A stretch of 64,000 bases of DNA, taken from NCBI GenBank assembly GCA_904063045.1, contig CAJFCJ010000028.1, positions 1 through 64,000 of the forward strand. Reading direction: 5' to 3'. This stretch comes from Dimorphilus gyrociliatus (Eukaryota > Animalia > Annelida). The notes under the pieces were generated by a model. It was not told where the DNA came from, made no database searches, and saw only the letters and a program-made list of their open reading frames with translations. Positions 13,346-26,052 of the stretch are shown in pieces (within the stretch, counting starts at the first letter, position 1; each line of letters begins with the position of its first letter). Position numbers and translations under genes: made by a program.

Positions 13346-16032
13346 ATGCGCACTTTGATTATTTTTGCAGTTGTGATTTCAAATTTATCTTTCGCCTATT
13401 CTTATTCAAATCTTACTGTTGATGTTGATTTGGATCAACAGACCGGTTTAAAACCTTATAATGTTCTTGTTCGTTTTTTTATTGAGAAAGTTGTCCAGCC
13501 AAGGGGAATGTCTCGATTTCTCGATCGAGCTGGTATAGAAAATAGAAATGACTTTGACAACTATTGGAAAAATACAAAATGGCAAACAATGGTTAAGGAT
13601 TTAAGTTACGTTTTTATTGGATTTGGAATTATTGGTTTATTAGGAGTTCTTACAGTTATCTTTATAATGTTTTGTGGTGTAATAACTTGTTGTTGTCGAT
13701 GTTGCTGTACATCGAAGAAAGACAGAGAACCTGGAAATAAAGATAGTTGTAAAAGAATAGTATGTGGAACTTTTCTTTTCGTTTTGTGCCTTGTTGTTGC
13801 AGCAGTTGGATGCATTGGTATCTTCAGTAGCAATTACTTAAGTCAACAAATTCGTTACGACAACATGATGACGGATATAAATAGCGCATTTAAAGTTATT
13901 AATCCATTCATAGGAATGGCTCGTAAAGATTTGGAATCTGATTTAAAAGATGTAATCGTAAATGCTGGTGACGAGGTAAATCGGGAATTGTTTACGTTTC
14001 CTATCGATACTTTTGAAAGATTTGACAAATCTCTAAAAATCAAGGATAGTTTATCAAAAATTACAAAAGCTTGTCAACAATCAACACAACTAGAGCAAGG
14101 ATTTAATAATATGGGAACAGGCAAAGGGAGTTATGCGGGAATAAAAACTTCTCTGGATAACAGCCTGACCACTTCGAGAAATAATATAAATGGCCTCCTC
14201 ACAAACGCACAATGTAATGTTGCAGAATGTGGCCAACTTCTCAGCCAATTGCCTGACTTAAAAACCGAAGCTGACTTTTCTAACCTTCGTAAGTTATGAG
14301 CAAATTTCCTTTCTCTTTAACTTTCTACTATATCATAAATAATTATAATAGCTGATACAACTGATGCTGCTACTTCTGCAAATAATCTTGGGAATTATGA
14401 AACAGCATTCAATTTAGCTTTACAAAGGTACGAAAGAGTTGAGAATGATATAGAAAGCGTGGGACGAGATCGTTTGGATAGAGCTAGTGACGAAGTAGAC
14501 AAAATTGTTCAAACAGCTGTGTCAACATATAATGATGTGGACAAAAAAATTGGAAATATTAAACTATCAGATCCTGTTATATCACCAAAAGCCAAGGACG
14601 TGACCTCAAAAGTTTCAAAAATTGTTGGAAATGCTTTAATTGGTACATTTAGTATGCTACTTTTAATAACATTCCTATTTGTTATGGGTATTTTTTGTGG
14701 TGGAGCTTTGCCTCTTCCAAAGACGCAAGGTGGTGGTTGTTGCAACTCTCGCCATGGTGGCCGGCTCCTTATGGCTGGGGTAGGTCTGTTTTTCATTTTC
14801 GGATGGTTGTTCTACCTCATCGCAACAGCTTTTTTCTTATCTGGTGGAGTTGTTCAGGCCAATGTTTGTAGACATTTAAGAAATGAGGACTACGATTTAA
14901 ATAGAATATGGGATATTGCCAAAGGCAGTATCAATGTGGATATTATTAAAAATTCTTCCCTGAAAATGACAGATTTCTTAGCTTCAACACGAAATGCAGT
15001 TCCTCTTTATAGGGCCCTTGAAATAGAAAAAATCAAAGGATTGAATATATCTGATGCACTAAACTTGGATAAATACGATATCAAGAGACTAATGCAGGAA
15101 ATATCTAGTATTTCAATTGATGTTAATATGGAAGTATTTCCAGTTGCTCTCCAAGGACCATTAGATACAGTGGCAAGGAATTTTGATAATGTACAATTAA
15201 AAGAATGGTCAAACGAACTCTTGAAACCAGTTACAAAAACACCTGTAGGCTATTTTGCTTCAAAATTACGCGATATTGCTATAAAGGTGCAAGAGCCACT
15301 AAGAACACAATTAAATACTGAAGCAAACACATTAAGTGGAATTGAACAAGGTGATGTATCTTCAGCAGAATCTACAAAAACTTCGATAGACACTGCTACA
15401 AATCAAGTAGGAAGTATAATTGGCTTTGATCCGTTTAAACTTATTGTAGATTCTTTGAAACTTGGCAATGATAGGTTAACTACTAACGGTAAGACATTTT
15501 GCAGATTAGACATTTTTATATTTGATATATTTGATATATTTTTACTGATTAGCTGATTTTTTTTTGTTTTTATCAGGCGAAAACGAAATTAAGTTTGCTA
15601 TTGGAAATCAAACTCTATTAATATATCAAAGGGTAGAAGGAAGTGCTCAACAAGTTATCATTAATGTGAATGATAAAATTGCTCCGACAAAACCATTATA
15701 TTTAATGTATGGGTCACTTCGACACGTTAGCTGTGAGAGAGTATTACTCTCATTTAATTCTATGTGGTTTTCAATGGGCTGGGTGCTTTTCTTCCTGCAA
15801 ATATCTGTAATTTTAGCTCTAAGTTTATCGACGCTCTACAGAAAAGAAGTACCAACTAATAGCGTTGAACCTCTCAGGGAAGAAAAAATTCCTATTTTTA
15901 CTTCCTCTGAACGTAAGCAACAACTGATAAAATCTTATCAGAAAATTCATGACTTGCTTTTTTCTTACAGCTCAACCAAGAGTTGGATTCACTTATAAAA
16001 CTAAGGTGCACCCAGATAGGGATCCTATATAA
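13346..16032 (+). CDS. prom: Prominin family 5-TM glycoprotein, paralog b; exons 13346-14288, 14352-15488, 15577-15912, 15971-16032 (825 aa)
   Basis: Collinear with paralog a (KVVQP, YWKNTKWQTMV, CCCRCCC, EADFSNL, NVCRHL, SCERV...WFSMGW). Spliced length is 2478 nt and in frame. Confidence 0.9.
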
Positions 16033-16064
16033 GAGTTAGAAGAGAAGGAAAGAAAGAAGGAGAA

Positions 16065-16083
16065 AGAGAGAGAGAGAGAGAGA
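16065..16083. repeat. (GA)n microsatellite
   Basis: AG dinucleotide run downstream of prominin-b. Confidence 0.85.
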
Positions 16084-16275
16084 AAAGAATACTTAAATAA
16101 ACTGCACTAATAGAGAATGATTACGCATCAGTTAATCTGTCTCATTTTTTTACCCATACTCTTTTTTGTAAGACTAGCTATATATTTCCATAAAATAAAT
16201 AATTTAATAAAAAAAACAACATTCACAATCACGACGTCAGTACTTTCGAATCGAGAAATCAACATTGTTTATTCC

Positions 16276-17798
16276 TTATCTAAAACTACTTAGTAACGAT
16301 TGTAAAGCTCGTTCATATGCTTTACGGTTTTGATAAAATATACAATTATTAGCGCACGTATCAGGATCCGCCTCCCAAAATGTTTCTGCGCATGAGCATA
16401 AAGGTGGTAATTTAATTTTTTTCAGTTCCATACTTTCCCGAATTTGAGCTTTTAGAGCAGTTAGATATCTTTCTTCTTCGCATTTTTTTCTAGTTTGTAA
16501 TCTAAAATTGATAAATTATTAATAATTTAAACCATTAGATAATTTTCAGAGTTTATTTTTATAAGCAGAGCTTACTTTACTTCCTCTTGGTGATATTTAT
16601 TTATTACATCTGGCTTTGGACGTTCAGCCTGTCTAATCTTTAGAGCGTGTTCTCTTTCAATCTGCCTCCTTTCCATCTCTTTTTGTCGTTTCAATATTTC
16701 AATTTCTTTCGCTTGCTGCCTCCTCTTCTCAGTCTCTCGAACATTTTGTCTTTCCAATTCGGCGAAAACCTTACGAACTAGATTTTTCTGGGAAGCTTTA
16801 AGTGATTTTTCCTCTTCAGTCGTAACGATAGGCCTCATATCCAATACGGCACGTTTACCTGTATATAAAGTTTACGACTTAGCACCTATTGTTTGCGTTA
16901 TAAATTCGTTTACTCACAAACTTCGCTAACTTTATTCTTATCAACTCTACAAATTATGACATCATCGTCTTCTACACCTAGATCAGTCACATCCAAAGAT
17001 AGTTGACTCATGTCGAAACTATGCTTATTCTGATTTTCTTTATTCTTTCGATTTTTTTTCTTTGATTTTCTCATTGGTCTATCTTCGTCAATACAAAATC
17101 TCACTGTTTGTGAATCTTTCTTTATTGAATTTCCTTTTAATTCCATTCTATCGTTGGTTTTTATTAAATTTTCATCGTTGTCATCTTGATCATTACCTAA
17201 AAAGGTTTCTTGCTCATCTATATCGGCTACTTTTTGGCGGGCTAGAGCGTTCCGAGCGCTCTGTGTTGTGCTAAAAACATGTTGCTTTCTCTCCTCAAAC
17301 ATACGTGGGGCAGATATATCAACGGATAATGCCGTTGGTGTGGTTGATTGAGTTGATAAGATTCCTGCTGTTTGCGGAAATGAACAGTATTTGAGTATTT
17401 TTTGTTCACACTGAAGAGCAATTGCTGAGCGTCTGTCCCTTTCTTCCCTTTTAATTTTGTTCAATTTTTGCACCCTACGTTTGACCTCCTCTTGAAAGTT
17501 ACGTAATTTTGTATGTTTCTCAGCTATAATAGTTCTTATCTTTTCTTCTTCGATGATTGCTTGTTCCTACAATTAAAAATGTTTTATTTATAAACTTGTT
17601 GAAACTTGTTATGAGCGATATTACAGGTGGAAAAAATCAGAATTAAATTACCCTCGGATCAGGTATGAATTCAGTCTCATCAATTGCTAATTCAACCCAT
17701 GCACCAACTGGGCGAATTTCTTTAGTTCTCGCACCAAATATACAAGGCGTACTTTTTTGTTTATTCTTACTTGTTTTCGGTATTGCGAGGGACGCCAT
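16276..17798 (-). CDS. CCDC15: Coiled-coil domain-containing protein 15 (centriolar), multi-exon
   Basis: N-terminal RPVGAWVELA and C-terminal RYLTALKAQIRE...LPPLCSCAETFWEADPDTCANNCIFYQNRKAYERALQS match the conserved CCDC15 blocks as I recall them. Confidence 0.85.
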
Positions 17799-18460
17799 GA
17801 CTTGAGGCAACTGGTAAACGTATATTTCGCCAAAATTTAAATATTTTACAAAATCCCCTTATGTTAATAGACTCTAAATGTAAGAGTGAGTATTAATTAG
17901 CAAGCCAAAGTTGACATACTAAGTCTAAACTCAACATGTCATCCTCTTAATCATAAAGAGTTAATTAAATAACATGATTATAATTTGCTTTTAACTGTAG
18001 AGTACTGAACTATACATTAATGACACGACTAATTAGGCATAAAATAATTCTTTCTCCTTGTCCTATCCATCGAGGAATCCTGCTATATGTAAATCTATGT
18101 TTTTTCCCTCCTAGCTTTGTTCCCTAATTAAGAAATAAAAGAAAATACAAATAAAGTTATGTTATACTAATTTTCGCTTGTTTCCTTTCTCTATATTCAT
18201 AACTACTAGACGAATTAGCTATTATACAATGTAAACGTTGTCAAACTCTTTAGAGAATGCAACAGCAACTGACTGGACATAGGATTTGCTTGTTAAAAGA
18301 AAATTACTTTTAATCAAAATAAAGAAACTTTCCAATTGTTCTGCATAATTCAATTTTAAAAAAAACAAGCATTGTTGAAGAAAAAGAGGAAAACAACTAC
18401 AGTACTCTACTTTCTAAATAAATAAAAAAGGGTAAATGTTCTTGTTCGCTATTCTTTCAC

Positions 18461-18465
<5 letters not shown>

Positions 18466-18500
<35 letters not shown>
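18466..18500. repeat. (GA)n microsatellite
   Basis: About 17 perfect AG units. Confidence 0.95.
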
Positions 18501-18502
<2 letters not shown>

Positions 18503-21364
18503 AACTGTTGTTGGCGACATCTATATATAAGTTAGACAATCAATTATTAAGTCCAACAGGGGGACTAGAATTTTTTCAAAGAATTCCTAGAAACTATGAT
18601 TTAAAATGCTAAGGAACTAAGTGCTGATGTATAAAAGAGAGGAATTCTATTCTAAAATTAAATTTAACCATTCTTTTGTTAAATGTATATAAAATAGAGT
18701 TAATTTTTGAGTAAGAAAAAATCTACAATATAAATAGTTTCAATTGGAAATAATTTACTAGGACAATCTACAAAGTTTAGGTTCGTTGATTTGTATAAAT
18801 GTCACGTGGGGTAGTTGGTCTCCGAGCTGAAAACTATTAAGAATGGAGCGGTTTTAGTACAAATAAGAAGCACGTGTTCCCGGGCAAACAATCTTAGTAA
18901 TGGCTTTTCTTATGTGCCTTCTTCTTTTCTAATAGCTTGCACAGCATTGTATGACAAATGTACAACCTATATATTCTTATAATAATACAGGAATTTTAGC
19001 TTCATTTTCCCTTCTCTTCTTTTAAGTTCCATCATAATTTCATTGTTTCGTTTCATCTTTATCATTTTCTTTTGAGCTTTGAAATATTTATAAATGGCAC
19101 TTTTAATGTTCATAAAATATATGTAATGAAAGTAGAATTTTATGATTATCATTAAATTTTCAATAATTTCGAAGAGGATCAGCTTGTCTACCAGGCCAAT
19201 TTAAATGTAGAAACCAGGCTTATTATTTCAAAGGCAGGTCTTTTCATTGCAATTAATTCATAATTACCCTTCTTTGGGTTAATAAAAATACATAACAGAG
19301 TGATATAACACGTAAACAGTATAATAAATATAAAAATAGCTTAAAGAGTATTGTCTCTGGCAGCAAAACTACTAGGAAATGACACCTTATTTGTTTTTTT
19401 TTTGTTTATATTTGTATGAAATTTCTATGTGTACACACTGTAATAAACTGCAAAAAAAATGGCTATAATTAAAAGCTGCAGTATTCAACGAAATCAATAC
19501 TTTATTCTTTTTATAATTACAATCATTATCAATATAATATTTGCTAAAATGTACTAAAATGGAAATGTTAAACTTAAAAAAAAAGGAAAAAAACGACATC
19601 TCCTGGGAGAATTTCTCATAAAAAAGATTAATCTCTCTCTCTCGCTCTTTCTTTCTTTATCTCTGTATCTGCTTTTTGATTTCTGTTCCCTTTCATAACA
19701 TTCGACATTAAAATATCAAAAGATTGTGTAATGATACTAATTCGTCCGTTCATTTGCATCCCGTATGGTAACTGGTGATGACTTTCATCCCCACTCTTTA
19801 CTATTTCAAATGGTCGCAAAGTCATCTGGCTATTACCATATGGCATATATTGAATAGATGTATAGCTTAAGTTTTTTTAATACGTCGAAGGTATAATAGA
19901 TATCGACAAAAAGAGATATTTCCTCGTATGCCTTTCAAATACTTGTAATATTAAGTAAGTTTTATAAAAATTCCAATCATAATGCGAAGAGTATAGTAAA
20001 CTTGCTAAAATACGCGGCCTATACTACGTAATTTCAACCATCTTTCCATCAAACGTAGAGAAATATTAAACTTCTCACAACACTGATTCGAGAACTTTAG
20101 AATTACAAGATTCATTGTTGACTATAATTGTATTCCTTCCATATAAATCAATAAATCAATAAGATTTCCAATTTATCTTTATTATATTGTACAATCGCAC
20201 TTGGGTAATTCAGTATGATAAATTTAATTGAATATATTAGTACAATCATTGGTAAGCATAATAATAATCGTCTTAATAATAGGTGAAGAGGTTGGGACTT
20301 GAAAAGGAGTCTTATAAGATATTATATATACTGTATATTTATATATATATAAAGTATTCTCAGCTAAAAAATGAGGGATGTTTTCAAAACTGCCCCTAAC
20401 TCCTTTCAAAGAAATAAATAATAACTAAAGAGAAAGAGAATAGGAATAGCTTTCATTGACAGCATATAGTAATTAATAAAAAAAAATTCTCTATGATTAA
20501 CTCATTATATTTAGGGATATTACTAAACGGAATTATGCGTTAAAGGTATCACTTATCTGTTATACATGTATGTATAGTACTTGTCACAATTCAGTGAATA
20601 GTATCAATAAATAATATTCGATACTATAGAATATAAGATCCGTCGGTAGTAAAGTATTTCGGAATTATAAAACCCTCAATATTATTCTTATCTATTTAGG
20701 GTGAATAAGAAAAGATCAGTTGTCAGTTTATAGGTTTAGTAATAAAAATAAACAACTTGAGTGTTGGCAAAAACTTTATCGGTCCAAAGAGAAATAGCTG
20801 TTACAGCTTTAAACATAAACAAACATTTACTTTCTGGAACATTCGAATTTTACAAGTCATTGCTAAGCTTTAGTTTTTGACCAGTATTAACTATCTACAC
20901 ATTTTGATGAGGGACTACTTGTAGATATACGTATATATATATAAACAGTATATATTGGATAATAACAATGGAAATACAATATATAAAGTTGTTTAAAACA
21001 TGCATATATGTAGGATATATAAATATTTATATTTATTGAAATAAACACCATAATAGTCTTATATGCTTTAAACTCTTGTTGTGATAAAGGAAAATACTTC
21101 TTCGAAAAATTCAATACGTTGAATAACCATAAAATGAATGTATTAATAATATTTTCAATGCTAGTTTTAGGAGAGAGACATAAAGGGTTTATTAATAGAA
21201 ATATTGTTATCCATTACTTAGGTTAATAAGCTTTTTAACTAATAATTAGTTTATTTCTTTATTAAAACTTCTATTTTTTAGAACTATTAAAATATACAGT
21301 ATTAGCAATTTTCTTATATATTTTCCGTTTCAATAAGGCAAAAAGGATTCTCTTCTTTCTTCCT

Positions 21365-23578
21365 CTAATATTTCTGCGATAATTTTGTGCAGACTGTTTT
21401 AACCTCCAGATATTCTTCAACGCCATAAGTACCTCTGAAAAGATGAAAACGTCATCGTTAATATGTCTGTTTAATGAAAACTGATTACTTGTCCTTTTTC
21501 TAGTTTTTAAATCATTTCATAAACACAAAATTTCATAGAGTATGTTAAGCAATATAAAATAATTTTACAAGTTTTAATTTGTAAAGAATATAGAAGAGAA
21601 AGCCTTAATATTTTATTATATACTAACAATTCTCTTCCGATTCCAGATTGTTTATAGCCGCCGAAAGGCTGTTGGGGACTAAAATAATTAACACAATTAA
21701 CCCAAATTGTTCCTGCTTTGATAGCATGGGCGACGGTTAGACTGGTTTCCAAATCTTTTGTGAAAACGCAAGCGGCTAAGCCGTAATGGGTGTTATTAGC
21801 TTTCTCAATAACTTCATCAATTGTTTTGAATTTAAAGATGCTTTGAACGGGTCCGAAAATTTCTTCGCGTCCAATTCTCATATTTTCGTTTACATCGGAG
21901 AAAACGGTTGGTTCAACAAAGTAGCCACTTCGATCCATTCTTTTACCTCCACAATGTAATTTAGCACCTTCCTTTTTACCACTCTCGATTAAATCGAGGA
22001 TCTTTTTCAAACTGTCTTCATCGACTTGAGGTCCACTTTCAGACTTTTTATCAAATCCATCGCCTACAACGCGTTTCTAGGAAGATAAAGCATTATTTAA
22101 ATATAGTACCAAAAATATACTAAATTTATATGCTATGTACTCTATATACTATATACTTTATATATATATGTAAGCATCGGTGATATTTTTATATTTATAG
22201 CACATTTTATCCTATACATTTCGTTTAGGTGATGCTAAAAATAGTAAAGAAAGTGATCTTGATGTAATATTACTTTAGCTCTCTCTACGCTTCGCTTAAC
22301 GAATTCCTCGTAAATATCTTCGTGTACGTAAGTTCTAGAACCAGCACAACAAATTTGACCAGAGTGGTACATGATTGATTGATGTGCCATCTCGACAGCG
22401 TAGTCCACTGTATGATAATTATTGAATTAATTAAGAGAAAGGTAATGTAGGTCAAGGATATGATACTAACAGTCAGCGTCTGCGAAGATAATATTTGGGC
22501 TTTTGCCTCCTAATTCTAAGCTGACTTTTTTTAGGTTAGAGTCAGCGGATGCTTTTAAAATTAGTTTCCCAACTTCAGTTGAACCTGTAAAAGATACTTT
22601 GGCGATATCCATGTGATTAGAAATTGCCGCTCCCGCAGTTGGTCCATAACCTGGCACCATATTGACAACACCAGCAGGGAATTCGGCTTTCTTAAACAAA
22701 CTAGCAATAAATAGCGATGCTAATGGGGTCTGCTCGGCTGGCTTAATGACCAAGGTACAACCGGCTGCTAATGCAGGTCCTATTTTCATGCACAAGATGC
22801 TTATTGGGAAATTCCATGGAACAATGAGTCCACAAACCCCAATTGGTTCTCGTCTTGTATAACTAAAAACTGGGCCATCTGATCAATAAAAAATTCCTAT
22901 AGACAAATGTATTATTAGACAAAAATATAGTCAAACTTACCTGATAATAATGTTTGCCCGTTGATCTTATCGGCAAGTCCAGCGTAATAAGTCAAAAGAC
23001 TAACTCCTTGCAAAACCTCTCCAATAGAGGCAGTTAGAGGTTTTCCACTATCAATTGTGTTCAGCTCCTATAAAATTTTACTATTTTAAACTTGAAAATT
23101 ATTATTTGTACCTAGTTCTTTACCGTAATTATTGATACGTTATCTTTTATAAGGTGAGCCAGACGTATCAACAGCTCTCCTCTTTGAGAGGCATTCATCT
23201 GTGTCCAGGTTGATTTTCTTTCAAAAGCCTTTTTGGCAGCCTGCACTGCTTGGTTAACGTCAGCCTATCGAGAGAAAGAAAATTGGTGCAATTAATAAAT
23301 TTCCTAAAAGCTTTTGGTTTATCTGGACAGACCCAGTTAAAAAGTCAAAAGTGAACAAAATAAATTTGTCAAACCTCATCAGCTTCTTGAATATCAGCAA
23401 CACTCTCCCCAGTAGACGGATTTATGACCGGAAAAGTTTTACCGCTTTTAGAATCAACCCATTCGTTGTTTATGAAAAGCTGAAAGAGAGATAGAAAAGA
23501 TCAGAGGAGAATATACTTTTCCCTACTTATAATTCCATATTTTACCTTTCTGAATTCGATGTTAACGTTGCTTGCCAT
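21365..23578 (-). CDS. ALDH1A: Cytosolic class-1 aldehyde dehydrogenase (ALDH1A/RALDH-like), multi-exon
   Basis: [38 protein letters not shown], catalytic [18 protein letters not shown] and [15 protein letters not shown]. It starts [11 protein letters not shown] with no mitochondrial transit peptide, so ALDH1-like rather than ALDH2. Confidence 0.92.
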
Positions 23579-24372
23579 TGTCTTGTTTTTAAGCTTGCTA
23601 GTTGTCTTCGATTGAAAATCAGACTTTCAAATGTCTCTATCTAGAACTATCGATAACAAAAAAATCAAGGCCACTGAGACCAACCAATGTATTGTGGACT
23701 ATGAACGATGAGCGATAGTTGGGAAATACATTCTCAACTGTTCTAAATTAAACTTAGGAAAAGCCATTCGGTGACTTGAATTGATCAATGCGGTCAAAGG
23801 TTATCTCAGATATTAATATACAATATTAATTTTGTAATTAATTAATGCACAACTTACTTAATTGTTATGTCACGAACATTTGTATTATTATGGAGTTGCT
23901 AGGGAAGCCCGACGGCTGGTTGGTTCTGAAAGAGAGGTGTAGGAGGAAGGCGACGGATTAAGCATAATAAAAATTTTGTTGATTGGAAAGAAATAGAATG
24001 AATAAGAAACTACTCGAGCTAAAGGCGAGTAGACTAAGAGGCTTTTGTAACGTAGGATTCTTAATCAGTCGTTTGGAAGTACCAAGTAAAGAGGAGAACT
24101 CTGGAAAGACAGATAGGTAACTACTGATAACAATGCTGCTGAAAGCCTACATTTACCGACTTTCGAAGAACTCTTCCAGTTGATTATTACGTTATATTAT
24201 TGATTTGAAAAAAGATCTCAATAATGAAACAGGAAAATACAAAAAGATAAAAAACTGCAAACCGTGCAATAAATCTGTAAAAATTAATAGCGATTTTTCA
24301 AAACTTATATTCCCCCGCCAGATGGCATTATATCGACTGACTTCTCAGTCAGTTTGAAGTTCGAGTGACACT
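23579..24372. promoter_or_regulatory. Shared head-to-head upstream region of ALDH1A-like (-) and Trk (+)
   Basis: Divergent start codons about 795 bp apart. Contains CCAAT, TATCGATA (23648), a DR1-like CGGTCAAAGGTTA (23791) and a CTCF-like CCGCCAGATGGCA (24315-24327). Confidence 0.5.
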
Positions 24373-25992
24373 ATGTTCCCGGATCATTTCCTCCTCCTAA
24401 TCACCATTTTTCATCCTATTTACAGCGAATGTTTTCTTGACGGTAGCCTGTTAAAGTGTGAGACAAAAGGTGATCTAACTTCATTCCCCAACTTGAAGAA
24501 AAGTTACGAAAATGTGACAGAGATGTAAGTGTAAACTTAACTATAAATATCATGCATAATAAATGACCTACGGGTGTAAACGGATATATACTCTTGATTA
24601 CATTCATTAATTTTTTTCTAGACAATATAAAAACGTTGTTGTGACATTTTAACGAGTATAGGGAAAAATTTCAAATAAAACTAATTAGGAAACTTCGTGT
24701 TAGGGAATTTTCTGCATTTCAATTTTTCCCTTTTATCTATTTGCCTTTCTGTCTATTTTATCTATCTATTTTCATTATTTTACGAAATACACCCCTTAAA
24801 CCAAATAACGTAGGAAGTAATGTAAAAAAAACACAATGAGCGATACAGAAGAAAAGGACTAGTAGACGAGAAGAAATAGAAAAGAAGGCGAATGATTGAG
24901 TATATAAACACTACGGGAAGAAGAGAAGAGTTTTCCCTTCTTCCCCTATCCTTCTCTTCCCCAACAACGTGAAGTCACGAAAAACACTCGCTTTCTCCTG
25001 TGTCAAATGCTACAATTATACGGCAATTTCAGACGACGAATACGTGCTGAAAATGATGCTTAATGAATGTTGTTATATATAAGCTAAGGTGCTGTAAAAA
25101 AGAGTAAAGACAAGATCCAAATATATATTTATATATGGTATACAGTATATATATAGACAGATAGATAAATAGATTTATGAATACGCATTCTTGAATGTCT
25201 TTATATGAGATTTTCGTGTAGACTAATCATTATATAATTTATTCTATTTTTTTCCATTCTATTTCAAATTACTGCATCTCTCTCTTTTGTCTATTTAAGA
25301 GCGCCACCTGCTAACTTAAGTTTATTGTCCAAAGTATCGCACATAATTATGACATCTGTCAAAATAGTTAAAATAGATAACAATTTGTTTTTACTTTAAT
25401 GATTTAAGTAAATATTTTTAAAAACCAAAGAAAAGACAAAAAGGGAGGATAGAAGAAAAGAGAGAAGAGACGAGAGTGTAATTTTTCTTTTTTTTTCTAT
25501 GCAATTAACAACTTAAATTAGTAACCATTTATTTCTCTTAGTAAATAATTTTTAACTCCACTCGATAGAAATATTTATCGGTTTTAAAATATTACTATCC
25601 CACTCAAGGAGAAAAAGATGATTCAGCAGATAAGAAAATGCTTTTAAGATCTATTTAGAGGTTTTCTTAGTTGCTAGTGACTGTTTTTTTTCTTTTGCGC
25701 AGTTGAAATATTGAAAGAAATAAGTAGATCATATTTTTAATGTAATTTCAATCAATCATTAAATATTGATAGGAACATTAAAGATTGGGAAGTTTATTCT
25801 ATAAAATAGATGAAATTCTACCAAAAAATAGGATTAAAACGATAAAAATGAAAAAATATTTTTATCGTCTAAATTATAATTTTACTAATGAAGTCAATAA
25901 TTTATTTTAGTTTTATTTCCTTTTTCTTTTATCTCTTTTATGCATTTGTCTTTCTTACCCCCTCCCTATTCTTTCACTCACTCTCTGCCTCC

Positions 25993-26052
<60 letters not shown>

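Noticed and set aside
19795-19822. miR-29-like or SECIS-like reading of the hairpin loop on the - strand
   Set aside because: The miR-29 seed is disrupted and lies in the loop; the SECIS upper stem does not pair and there is no upstream selenoprotein gene.
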